From positions 1-18,232 of the forward strand of contig JAQGDQ010002000.1 of assembly GCA_030141605.1 (NCBI GenBank): a DNA stretch of 18,232 bases. Direction: 5' to 3'. This document shows positions 1-10,244 of this stretch, in pieces. The DNA comes from Tubiluchus corallicola (taxonomy: Eukaryota; Animalia; Priapulida). The notes below the pieces were generated by a model, which ran no database searches, was not told the origin of the DNA, and saw only the letters and a list, made by a program, of their open reading frames with translations. Each line of letters opens with the position of its first letter. Position 1 is the first letter of the stretch. Both the position numbers and the translations under genes were made by a program.

Positions 1-35
1 TACCTTACCTTACCTTACCTTACCTTACCTTACCT
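1..35. repeat. (TACCT)7 pentanucleotide microsatellite, truncated by the window start
   Basis: Seven perfect TACCT units are read directly. Confidence 0.95.
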
Positions 36-99
36 CTCCTTATTTTACCTTACGTCTTGCTTTACCATACTTTTTTTGTACTTATTTCGCTTGTATTAC

Positions 100-343
100 C
101 TGTATCTCATGCCATTTTTCTCTCTCCCTCCCTGTCTGTCCCTCTTTCTTTCCGTCTCCCTCTCTCCTTGTCTCTCTCCCTCTTTCTTTGTCACTCCCAC
201 TCTCACTCGACCTTTCTCTCACAAAATTTCTCCTCAATTTCCATCCGTTTGCTCATTCACTTCCGTCATCTCGCTCCATAATCTCTCTTCTCTCTTTTCT
301 CCTATCTTCCTTTTTCTCCTCTTCTTTTCTTTTCTCTTCTCCT
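100..343. repeat. Pyrimidine-rich (CT) low-complexity tract
   Basis: Nearly all C/T on the + strand with degenerate (CT)n; this explains the S/L/F-rich ORFs 57..281 and 76..345. Confidence 0.85.
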
Positions 344-672
344 GATCCGGGCATAAATTAACAGTCTTAAATCAAACTTAGATGAAAAACATTTGGAGGC
401 AACCGGAACTATCAACTTGCATATCGTTTACCCTCTACAACAGATGTAGTTTGTTTATCACTGGACAGATGGCGACACACTGCAAATAACCTAGTCAGAA
501 AGAGTGGCTTCTCATGCAATTAGATGACGTAATGCACAGACCCCGATCATGCTCTAAACGAAGCCAGATCTCTACCACTTATCATAACGTAATTATTGTC
601 ATTTGGCTGAAAACAAAGTGCAGATGATCTAGTGAAAATTCCTTTGTGAGTCTGGAGGAAGATTTAGCAACA

Positions 673-754
673 ATGAAGCTGTTGTGTGATCAAGTTACGA
701 AATTTAGGATAACTTCTCTCACGTTTGTGGTTTTGTTTGCTGAATGTATTAAAG
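673..754 (+). CDS. Possible first coding exon with a signal-peptide-like sequence (MKLLCDQVTKFRITSLTFVVLFAECIK-G)
   Basis: ACA-ATG-A start context, a hydrophobic stretch (ITSLTFVVLFA) and an AAG|GTTGGT donor giving a phase-1 intron. No homology recognised; could be chance. Confidence 0.15.
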
Positions 755-882
755 GTTGGTGATAATTATGAAAGATGTTCTTTACTTATTTTCTCATTGC
801 AGGACGTTATGCATCAGTGAAATTAGAAGCCAGAGCGAGTCTGAGTTTTACGCTTGCATGAAGGTTGCAAATGCTAACAGCT

Positions 883-943
883 TATATATATATATATATA
901 TAATTATGTATCCATATTTATATATATGCACTATATATATATA
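883..943. repeat. Interrupted (TA)n microsatellite
   Basis: Several TA runs are read directly. Confidence 0.85.
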
Positions 944-1000
944 ATATTTATACACGTAATTAAATGTTTTCCTTTAAGTATCAGTAAATAAAGCGATTTT

Positions 1001-1003
1001 ATA

Positions 1004-1054
<51 letters not shown>

Positions 1055-1422
1055 ATATACATATATATATATATTATTTTTCAGGTTTTTGGGAGTTTTG
1101 TGATGCAAAATAATGATTACGATGATGATGATGATGATGACGATGATGATGATGACGATGATGATGATGACGATGATTATATATATATATATTCATATAT
1201 ATAAAATTGCTTTATTTACTGCTACTTAAAGGAACGCATATATATTTATTATTATTATTATTATTATTATTAATAACATATATATATATTATTTTTCAGG
1301 TTTTTGGGACTTTTGTAATGCAAAATAATGATGACGATGATGATGATGATGATGGCGATGATGATAATGACGATGATTATATATATATATAAAATTGCTT
1401 TATTTACTGCTACTTAAAGGAA
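1001..1422. repeat. Tandem duplication (about 1001-1234 and 1238-1422) containing (TTA)n, (TA)n and (GAT)n tracts
   Basis: Both copies share unique spacers: TATTATTTTTCAGGTTTTTGGGA.TTTTGT.ATGCAAAATAATGAT and ATAAAATTGCTTTATTTACTGCTACTTAAAGGAA. Confidence 0.92.
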
Positions 1423-1431
1423 GACATTTAA

Positions 1432-1956
1432 AGAAGACTGGATGATTTTTCATATACTACCCCATTTTCAAGTCCGATAAAAAGTATACATTTTAACACC
1501 ATTAATACTGTAAAAGCGTTTCTGCTAATTTAATAATAGATTAAAAAATTAATTTTAATGGCGATCAAGCCCAACTGTTGATGACATCACAAACTAACAT
1601 AATTTTCAAAAGCAAAACATTCCAGGAGTTTGCGAAAAATTCAAATTTCAAATTTACCATCTAGGCATGAGCTGTCGAGCATGCGTAGTTCGTCACAAGC
1701 TAACACATCTGAACTAAGAGGTACAGCACCTGATTTTGTGTAAAGCGTTTTCGAAATGCAGACGCTAGTGCCCGTCTAACTAGCAAATGGCGAAATGCAT
1801 GTAACAACGAAGAATTAGTGGCGCGAACGTGAATTGCGTTTGTGTGGTAATAATTCTTTCACGTAAGTCATTTAAAAAAAAACATTGTATGTTTCCTTTC
1901 CATATTTTAAAGAGTAATTATTTTGCCTGCAGTTTAAGATTGGATGCGGTTTTGTT
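1432..1956 (+). mobile_element. Non-autonomous TTAA-flanked DNA transposon (Kolobok-like), copy 1, 525 bp
   Basis: Aligns end to end with the reverse complement of 10611-11207 (for example CCCAACT.TTGATGACATCACAAACTAACATAATTT and CTAACACATCTGAACT.AGAGGTACAGCACCTG). Homology stops at TTAA on both sides (1428-1431 and 1957-1960). The superfamily is inferred from the TTAA target and purine-rich termini. Confidence 0.8.
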
Positions 1957-2980
1957 TTAAGCAAGTTAAGTTGAAAACCAATGTTGATGAGACCAAGTCT
2001 TGCCCAAATCGTATACGAAGTTTGCATGTGTTAATCAAACGTTTTGAAAACAGTAGATTTTGCGTTGCGATACTTTACTGAATAAATGTGAACAGTTAAC
2101 GATATTACCAGATAAACTGGAAAGTCGCATCACAACTTATCATACGCGCTTATTACATTGTTAAACTTAATTACGAATATTAGATAATCGAAGTTGCTCA
2201 GCATTGTACTGGTTGCCTTATTTTTGTCTTTTATGCTTAATAATAAATTCTTAACCCACCACAAACAGTTTGTCCATGTTTTCCTTTACATATATTCTTA
2301 ACCACCACAAATGATTTACGTACTTTGATCTATTTATATAACACAGGGCCTTTCTGAAAAAAATACATGTTTTCCCACTGTATTTATTTCAGCCCGTTTT
2401 TTTCTTTGCTAGCATGTTGTTGTGATTAGCGTTTTAGTTTTTTTCTGTCTTGTATTACTCCGCATGTGATATTTTTAATTGTTTATATTATCATAATGCT
2501 CTGCAACGTAGAGAAGGTGGTTTGTTTACAATATAATTTAAAAAATAATAGCATTATTCATGTTTTGCTTTCATTATGGGGGGGGGATAAAACACCCTCT
2601 GTTGCAGATTTTTTTCTAGTTTTGCCTCTTTTTGATTATAAAAATTATCTAAAAAATAATTTAGCTTTCTTCTTCCTGAAAATATAAGACAGGATAATTT
2701 CGTTCCGGTAATAAATTTTTTCTAGGCTCAAAGTTTAAACCTTTAACATTAGCTGCTATCTATTTCCACAGCTTGTTTTACGTCACGCTTCGCCATTTTA
2801 CGGCTTTTTCCGTAAAGTGTAAACAATAGCGCAAGATTTACGCTAAATCAGCCTGACAGCAGGTTTTGCACGAAGATGACAGTTTGATAACCGCATCGTA
2901 ATTTACTCAGCGTCTTTCTAATGGCGGGGACAGAAACGTGGCAGAATTCAAAATACTAATTCTGAAAAAAATATCACATA

Positions 2981-3119
2981 TAATGATGATGATGATGGTG
3001 GTGGTGGTGACGATAATGGTGATGATGATGATGATGATGGTGATGGTGATTATGATGATGATGGTGGTGATGATGATGTTGATGGTGTTATGATTATGAT
3101 GATGATGATGATGGTGATT

Positions 3120-3152
<33 letters not shown>

Positions 3153-3222
3153 GTGGTGGTGATTATGATGATGGTGGTGATGATGATGATGGTGATTATA
3201 ATGATGATGGTGATGATGATGG

Positions 3223-3254
<32 letters not shown>

Positions 3255-3283
3255 ATGATGATGATGATGATGACGATGATGAT
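2981..3283. repeat. Compound (GAT/GGT)n trinucleotide microsatellite
   Basis: About 100 triplets; source of the poly-His and poly-Met ORFs. Confidence 0.95.
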
Positions 3284-3666
3284 AAATCTTTATATACACA
3301 CATCATTATCATAATATTATCCAATATCATATAATGCATATCTCTATTTGCAGGCCGATAATTCTGCACCGTATCATGATATAAGAGTATATATACAACA
3401 CGGTCGATTATAATTATATCTTTAATACATGTACCAAAACTTGCTTATAAAACCTCTTAGCAATTATTTATAATAATTAAGGTCCATAATAGCAGAATTC
3501 ATTCACTGGGATTATTTAGATTACACTATTAGGCGAACACACTCGCTTTACTTACAAGTACATAAGAACAAGGACTTTTGCTAAAATTCACAATAAAACG
3601 AGGATCAATTTATATTTAGTCCGTTTACACCTCTTTACAAATCTGGCGAGATAAAACCGTCTCTCT

Positions 3667-4092
3667 CAAAATTAATTAGAACTTTATTTTATGCTTCTTT
3701 TCTTAAAAATTAGCTAGAACTTTATTTTATGCTTCTTTTCTTAAAAATTAATTAGAACTTTATTTTATGCTTCTTTTCTTAAAAATTAACTAGAACTTTA
3801 TTTTATGCTTCTTTTCTTAAAAATTAACTAGAACTTTATTTTATGCTTCTTTTCTTAAAAATTAACTAGAACTTTATTTTATGCTTCTTTTTTAAAATTA
3901 AACAGAACTTTATTTAATGCTTCTTCTTTTTTCAAAAATTAACCAGAACTTTTTTTATGCTTTTTTTTCTTTTAAAATTAACCAGAACTTTATTTTATGC
4001 TTCTTTTTTAAAATTAACCAGAACTTTATTTAATGCTTCTTCTTTTATTAAAAATTAACTAGAACCTTATTTAATGCCTGTTCTTTTTTTTT
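3667..4092. repeat. 38-bp AT-rich minisatellite, about 11 copies (AAAAATTAACTAGAACTTTATTTTATGCTTCTTTTCTT)
   Basis: The first five or six units are near-identical; later units degenerate in the T-run. Confidence 0.95.
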
Positions 4093-4534
4093 AAAAAATG
4101 TGCATGTGATTAACAAATCAAAGTTATCGAGACAGGATGGTTATTGGTTGCTCCATCCACTGAAGAATACAGACCCGTATACAGAGCCGAATTATAACCT
4201 TTGCGGTCCTTAGGATACTGAAATTATGGCGTCCCCTCAGACGTAGCTTACAGGTAGACTAACGACTTACAGCTAGAGCCCCAAGTTCATTTAACATTCA
4301 CTGGGCCCCTAATTATGGAATAAACTTTTCACACAAATAAAAATTTCAAAACCACATCGCATATTCAAATATAAACTTAAAAAATAAAATCATTCTTGAC
4401 ATGTATAGGCGTAATTAATAAATTTCTTTAATTAAAAATAACTCTTTTTATCTTTTTATATTATTCAATATTTTAATATGATTTTCATAACACTGCAGAA
4501 ATGGCGAACTTGGTTTACATCATCGATCCTGGCG

Positions 4535-4635
4535 CATCATCATCATTAGCATCAATTCATTCATTATCATTGTCATCAGCATTAATGTCACCATCGTTGT
4601 CATCATCATCATGTCAGCATCATCGTCATTATCGT
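4535..4635. repeat. Degenerate (ATC)n tract
   Basis: Interrupted CAT/CGT triplets, on the opposite strand to the other GAT tracts. Confidence 0.7.
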
Positions 4636-4835
4636 CTTCTCGCATCCGTTTGCTTCGCTCTATTTAACGCATTTTTGTTGTTTATGACATTAATTTACTC
4701 CACGTTGAGCGTAGCTCATAAGTTAATTTCTTCTGCTACGTTCATAACACTGTCATGCATTGTTAATTTGTAATTTTATAACTTTTATTTTTGTTGATGA
4801 ATAAATTACGCTGAATCTAAATCTAAATCAAGCAG

Positions 4836-6271
4836 AAACCCTTTACCTCTAATAAGAGCATTCAACAGGGGGGCCTTTACGTCAAATCAGAGGCTTCAAC
4901 AGGGGCCATTTATCTGAAATAAGAGGTTTCAACAGGGGCCATTTATCTGAAATAAGAGGTTTCAACAGGGGGCCTTTACCTCAAATAAGAGGTTTCAACA
5001 GGGGGCCTTTACCTCAAATAAGAGGTTTCAACAGGGGGCCATTTATCTGAAATAAGAGGTTTCAACAGGGGGCCTTTACCTCAAATAAGAGGTTTCAACA
5101 GAGGGCCTTTATCTGAAATAAGAGGTTTCAACAGGGGGCCTTTATCTGAGATAAGAGGTTTCAACAGGGGGCCATTTATCTGAAATAAGAGATTTCAACA
5201 GGGGGCCATTTATCTGAAATAAGAAGTTTCAACAGGGGCCTTTATCTGAAATAAGAGGTTTCAACAGGGGGCCTTTATCTGAAATAAGAGGTTTTAACAG
5301 GGGGCCTTTATCTGAAATAAGAGATTTCAACAGGGGGCCTTTACGTCAAATAAGAGGCTTCAACAGGGGGCCATTTATTTGAAATAAGAGGTTTCAACAG
5401 GGGGCCTTTACCTCAAGTAAGAGGTTTCAACAGGGGGCCTTTATCTGAAATAAGAGGTTTCAACAGGGGGCCTTTATCTGAGATAAGAGGTTTCAACAGG
5501 GGGCCATTTATCTGAAATAAGAGATTTCAACAGGGGGCCATTTATCTGAAATAAGAGGTTTCAACAGGGGCCTTTATCTGAAATAAGAGGTTTCAACAGG
5601 GGGCCTTTATCTGAAATAAGAGGTTTCAACAGGGTGCCTTTATCTGAAATAAGAGGTTTTAACAGGGGCCTTTATCTGAAATAAGAGATTTCAACAGGGG
5701 GCCTTTATCTGAAATAAGAGGCTTCAACAGGGGGCCTTTATCTGAAATAAGAGGTTTCAACAGGGGGCCTTTATCTGAAATAAGACGTTTCAACAGGGGG
5801 CCATTTATCTGAAATAAGTGGTTTCAACGGGGGCCCTTTATCTGAAATAAGAGGCTTCAACAGGGGGCCATTTATCTGAAATAAGAGGCTTCAACAGGGG
5901 GCCATTTATCTGAAATAAGAGGTTTCAACAGGGGGCCTTTATCTGAAATAAGAGATTTCAACAGGGGCCTTTATCTGAAATAAGAGGTTTCAACAGGGGC
6001 CCTTTATCTGAAATAAGTGGTTTCAACAGGGGCCATTTATCTGAAATAAGAGGCTTCAACAGGGGGCCTTTATCTGAAATAAGTGGTTTCAACGGGGGCC
6101 CTTTATCTGAAATAAGAGGTTTCAACGGGGGCCTTTATCTGAAATAAAATGACTCAACAAGGACCCTTTATCGCAAATAAAAGGACTTAATAGAGGCCCT
6201 TCATCTCAAAAAAGGCCTCAACAGGGGCCTATCTCAAATAAAAGAACTCAACAGAGGCGCTTTATCTCAAA
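4836..6271. repeat. 33-bp minisatellite, about 43 copies (TTTCAACAGGGGGCCTTTATCTGAAATAAGAGG)
   Basis: Head-to-tail units of 32-34 bp with no spacers; homogeneous core and degenerate edges. Confidence 0.97.
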
Positions 6272-6525
6272 TATCTTAAAATTGGGTTTTCAGACGGTTT
6301 TTTTAAATTGAAATTTTATTTTAAGTAAACGAATTACTCTTTAGTGAAAATGTTAAAACATTATACTCATTTGTTAAAAAATATTTACTTGAAAATCTAT
6401 TAACAGGGTCGCTCAAGCTCAGCCCCCAAGTTTGAGGGGTCCGAGGCTGCAACCTATGCTAGCCTAAAGATAAATCCACCCTAACCTAATACACAGTTGC
6501 ACACATGCACAGTCACGCAATTGGC

Positions 6526-6720
6526 GATGATGATGATAATGATGATGATGACGATGACGACGAACGATGATGATGATGATGATGGTGACGACGAACCATG
6601 ACGATGGTGATGAAGGTCATGATGATGATGGTGGTGATGATGTTGATGATGGTGATGATCGTGATGATGACGACGATGATGATGACGATAATGATGATGT
6701 TTATGACGATGATGACGATG
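6526..6720. repeat. Compound (GAT/GAC/GGT)n microsatellite
   Basis: Read directly. Confidence 0.93.
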
Positions 6721-6730
6721 ACACAGTTTC

Positions 6731-6916
6731 ACACATGCACTGTCACGCATACACACATGCACAGTCACGCACACACACATGTACAGTCACGCATACACAC
6801 ATGCACAGTCACGCATACACACATGCACTGTCACGCATACACACATGCACTGTCACGCATACACGCATGCACTGTCACGCATACACACATGCACAGTCAC
6901 GCATACACACATGCAC
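6731..6916. repeat. 22-bp minisatellite, about 8.5 copies (ACACATGCACWGTCACGCATAC)
   Basis: Read directly; one further orphan unit lies at about 6501-6519. Confidence 0.95.
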
Positions 6917-7114
6917 ATATAATAAGGTTCAGATGCCAAGCAGAGAAAGTTATGAAACGTTGTAAAATTCTGTAGATTTTTAAACCCATTTTAGGTTTAT
7001 TGGGAATTGCGAGTTTTAGATAAAATTTTATGATACCATAACAACATCAATATTTCAAAACGCGTGTGTCAAAAAGCACCTACCCATAAAAGCTGGTGTC
7101 TTATTATGTTATAT

Positions 7115-7534
7115 CTTCTTCCTAGCTTTTATCTGTGCGGGGTCGCCGTTGTGAATGAGTCTTCTCCACGCATTCCTGTTGTTGACCATCTCTTCATTTA
7201 AGTGTTCAGTTCCCACAAGATCTTCACCGACTCTTCTTTTCAGGTGTCCATACCATCGCAATCTTGCGAGGCTTCCACTACTTTTACTGTTCCTCTGATA
7301 TTATTATTTCTAATTTTATCTCTTCTTTTTATTCCCACCATCCATCTCAGCATCCTCATCTCCACCACACCCATTTTCTTCTCTTCGGTCTTCTTTATAG
7401 AAGCTGCTTGCAGCCCACAGATTAGAGCGGGTCTGACCACTTCTTTGTGGACTTTACCTTTAAGTCTCACCGACTCATTCATAGAAGGTTTTGGCGCAGT
7501 TTTTACAGGCAGATGCCCTTCCTGACCCTAACAC
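7115..7534 (-). mobile_element. Internally deleted RTE-clade non-LTR retrotransposon (5' UTR motif joined to the ORF C-terminus) with an 18-bp TSD
   Basis: The minus strand encodes LKGKVHKEVVRPALICG...EMRMLRWMVGIKRRDKIRNNNIRGTVKV and, after a frameshift, ARLRWYGHLKRR...NRNAWRRLIHNGDP, the typical post-RT C-terminus of RTE. Flanked by TGTCTTATTATGTTATAT (7097-7114) and TGTCTTATTATGTTGTAT (7535-7552). Confidence 0.9.
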
Positions 7535-7774
7535 TGTCTTATTATGTTGTATGAGAACCTTTTATTATCCACATCAGTAAACCTCGAGTTGCTAAAGTGT
7601 ATTTTTATAAATTTCAAACATGAAAGTAATTATTCAAAGTGAAATTCAAATTCAAATTTAGTTTATTTCACCAAAACATCACAAAATCGGTATAATTAAT
7701 GAGAAATTCAGCGGTCATAAAGAAAAAACTAGCATTTAGTCCACCATTGTGAAAAGTTTAAAGTTGAATTATTT

Positions 7775-7806
7775 CTCCCCCTCCCCCTCCCCCTCCCCCT
7801 CCCCCT
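7775..7806. repeat. (CCCCCT)5 tract, a potential G-quadruplex on the minus strand
   Basis: Five C5 runs separated by single T. Confidence 0.85.
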
Positions 7807-9202
7807 GCCCAAAAATAACGAAGAGGTACCACATTTGAAAGTTACGACAGGTACCTCATGAACCATTTTCACAGCTGGTCTTCGGTTGAAAGGCGAAAGA
7901 AATAGAAATTGAACAAAATTGCCATGTAGAGATCCTTTGTGCATTTTTACATTTCACTTTTACCTGAAATTCACAAGTGAAAGTTAAATGAAATTTTGCC
8001 TCCATGCTATTTTTTTATTTATCTTCCTACATGTCGTTCATATATTATTATTTATTACTATTTATTCGTATTCAAATAACAAAATTGTGTACATGGATTA
8101 GTCAATAAATAGCATTATAGATTAAATAAATAACGTTAGTTAAAAATATTGTATTGAACACCTCTCCCACGCAAAATGTTAGTTTCTGTTGAAGCCAAGT
8201 TTTATGCATCTGATTTGTATAAAAGCTGTCATCTCTGCTTTTTCATTGGTCCAGTTAATGTAAGCCATCACAGCTTGCCTTCACTGCATTCACGCTGCCC
8301 AGGGGACACCAGCTTACGTCATTTTTTCAAATATGCAAACGTTTGGCACGAGATAAAAAATATTTAAATTTCTTTTACATTTTTAAGCAGAGCATTTTGT
8401 GCGCATATACTGTGTGGATATTTCAATATTTTTAATTATATATTAAAATGCAATAAATGTTGTTCGAGGTTTGGTTCTTTCTTTAAAGCATATTTCTTTT
8501 AGCTCGCTCGCTAGCATTTGACAGTCAAATACTCCAAATCTGGTTAAATGCCTTTAAAGAGAAACTAGCCTATAATATTTGCACTTCCCTGCCAAGGGGT
8601 GGTGCCACTTGCTTTACTGACTGGCAAAATTGCTTTCAGCACCTGTGACGTATACTAGATACTGAAATTATCAGTGAATGGTCAATGTCTAAAACTTAAA
8701 TGATGCTTTATTTAAGTTAATAAAAATTAATAAAGTTTATTTGGAAGTGTAAATACAAATACAATATCAAGAAACACTGGGAAAAAATAGATATAAATAA
8801 TAATGATTATATATATTATTTAACCGTCATTTTTTACTAATGTCTAATGTATCACTGTAGTAAAACTTTAGTATACTAAAGTATACTAAAAACTAAGTAT
8901 AGTCTATTCTTACTGTAAATGTTCTTGTAAATAGTGTATAAAGTCTGTTGTGGTGAGGATCTTAAATCATGTTGTACAAACTGTCTAATCTAATCCTAAA
9001 TAAATTATGTTTAAACTAATAATGATTATATGACAGCGTGCATACAATAATTGCAAGAACCAGAAGTAAAACTTGTTAGGTGCTTGCACCATTATAAACA
9101 CGTTCAAATACTGAGAAAAAAAGAACAAAAAACGAAGGTTTCTAGGCAATTTAAAAAAATAGTTGTGCAAAGTAAGGATAGACGTGCAGTTATGCATTTC
9201 TA

Positions 9203-9272
9203 TGCAGCTTCAATGCAGTTACAGTACTTGACTGCTGATGCGGAGGTTATGGGTTCGAATCCCACTCGTAAA
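9203..9272 (+). mobile_element. Degenerate tRNA-derived SINE head or tRNA pseudogene
   Basis: Perfect B box GGTTCGAATCC (9252-9262) within a T-arm (TGGG/CCCA), an anticodon-loop-like CTGCTGA, and a decayed A box (GCAGCTTCAATGCAGTTA). Acceptor and anticodon stems do not pair, so this is not an intact tRNA. Confidence 0.65.
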
Positions 9273-10244
9273 TGCAGTAACCACCTTGTTAACACAGCAA
9301 AACACGACAGTTCCTTTCATAAGGTGTTTACTGCAGCCTTTATTTTCTAAAGAAGAAAAAACAAAAGAATACTTAAAATTTTCAGTAATGTAATTTGAAC
9401 AAAACTACAGAAATTTGAACAAAAAATTACACAGAAAATTGGTTTCTAATGAATAAACTTAGATTTACAAAAATCACTTACTTCATTCGGCTAGAGAGCG
9501 CACACTGTTTATGGTTGAAGCATGACATTAAATTTCTCATGTAAAAAATTGCATTATCCACATTACAAGTAAGTCTCTGCAATAACCAGTCGAGTCTGCC
9601 AGCAAATGCCCACTTGTACCCTTTAGTTTTTGGCTCCATCATGCGGGAAAAATAAAAAACAAATTATATGGGTAATTGGGTAATTTGCCCATAACACACG
9701 TCTTTACATTCATCTGTAGCCCGGGACTATCCGACTATCCTCTTTCTTCTTTTTATTTTCTTCTCCTTCTTCTGCTGCTCAATCTTTTGAACTTTAGTGC
9801 ACACTTTTGTCCTGAAGCTCGGTACTAATTAACGTGAAAGTTTAATGTTTTTCAGTCTAGAGATAAGCCTATTTGCTGTAAGCTGAGCTCAGTAATAATG
9901 CAAGAGCTCTTTGTATGCAGTCTGACTACTGTACCTTGGGGACTTCAGTTTGGCTTCTGCGTTGGGATGTAAAACCGTCAAACAGTGGCGTCGTTCATCA
10001 GCTTCTGGGATGATAGTGCTCTTAGAGATGCTGCTTCTTAAGAGAAGTTCAAGAAGTGAGATGATCAGATTTGTAATTGATCAGTCATTTAATTAATAAA
10101 TAATTAATCAATTTAGGTAACCTCACTCAGAAATAGAGTTTTTATTCTTGGACACCGAATATGTTTAATTACTTGAGTATGCCTGGTCCAGTGCGGTTTA
10201 CTCATGTGCGACGTAACAGTGTACCGTAATTTTCACATACCGCG

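Larger units (their letters stand above)
4182..6483. mobile_element. Possible hAT-like non-autonomous element enclosing the 33-bp minisatellite
   Basis: Left end CAGAGCCGAATTAT matches the reverse complement of the right end (TAGGGTGGATTTAT) at 9/14 positions, and both ends have GGGCCCC-like subterminal motifs. The flanking 8-mers CCCGTATA and ACCTAATA match only 5/8. Confidence 0.45.

Noticed and set aside
1-35. (TACCT)n as an arthropod telomere
   Set aside because: The reverse complement is (TAAGG)n, not (TTAGG)n.
2907-3314. Poly-His and poly-Met ORFs
   Set aside because: Translations of a (GAT)n microsatellite.
4836-6271. 33-bp repeats as a CRISPR array
   Set aside because: Units are contiguous with no unique spacers, there are no cas genes, and the context is eukaryotic.
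6481-6975. His/Thr-rich and Asp-rich ORFs
   Set aside because: Translations of the GAT tract and of a 22-bp minisatellite whose unit is not a multiple of three.
7823-7857. GAGGTACC/GGTACCTC 8-bp inverted repeat
   Set aside because: An isolated short stem built on a palindromic 6-mer; expected by chance.
8865-8882. 18-bp perfect palindrome ACTTTAGTATACTAAAGT
   Set aside because: AT-rich and part of a local AGTATACTAA micro-duplication; no supporting context.
9203-9276. Functional tRNA-Ser gene
   Set aside because: Acceptor, D and anticodon stems do not pair and there is no long variable arm.
9943-10002. C/D box snoRNA on the minus strand (TGATGA...CTGA)
   Set aside because: Short, no convincing terminal stem, and no rRNA-complementary guide that I can verify.
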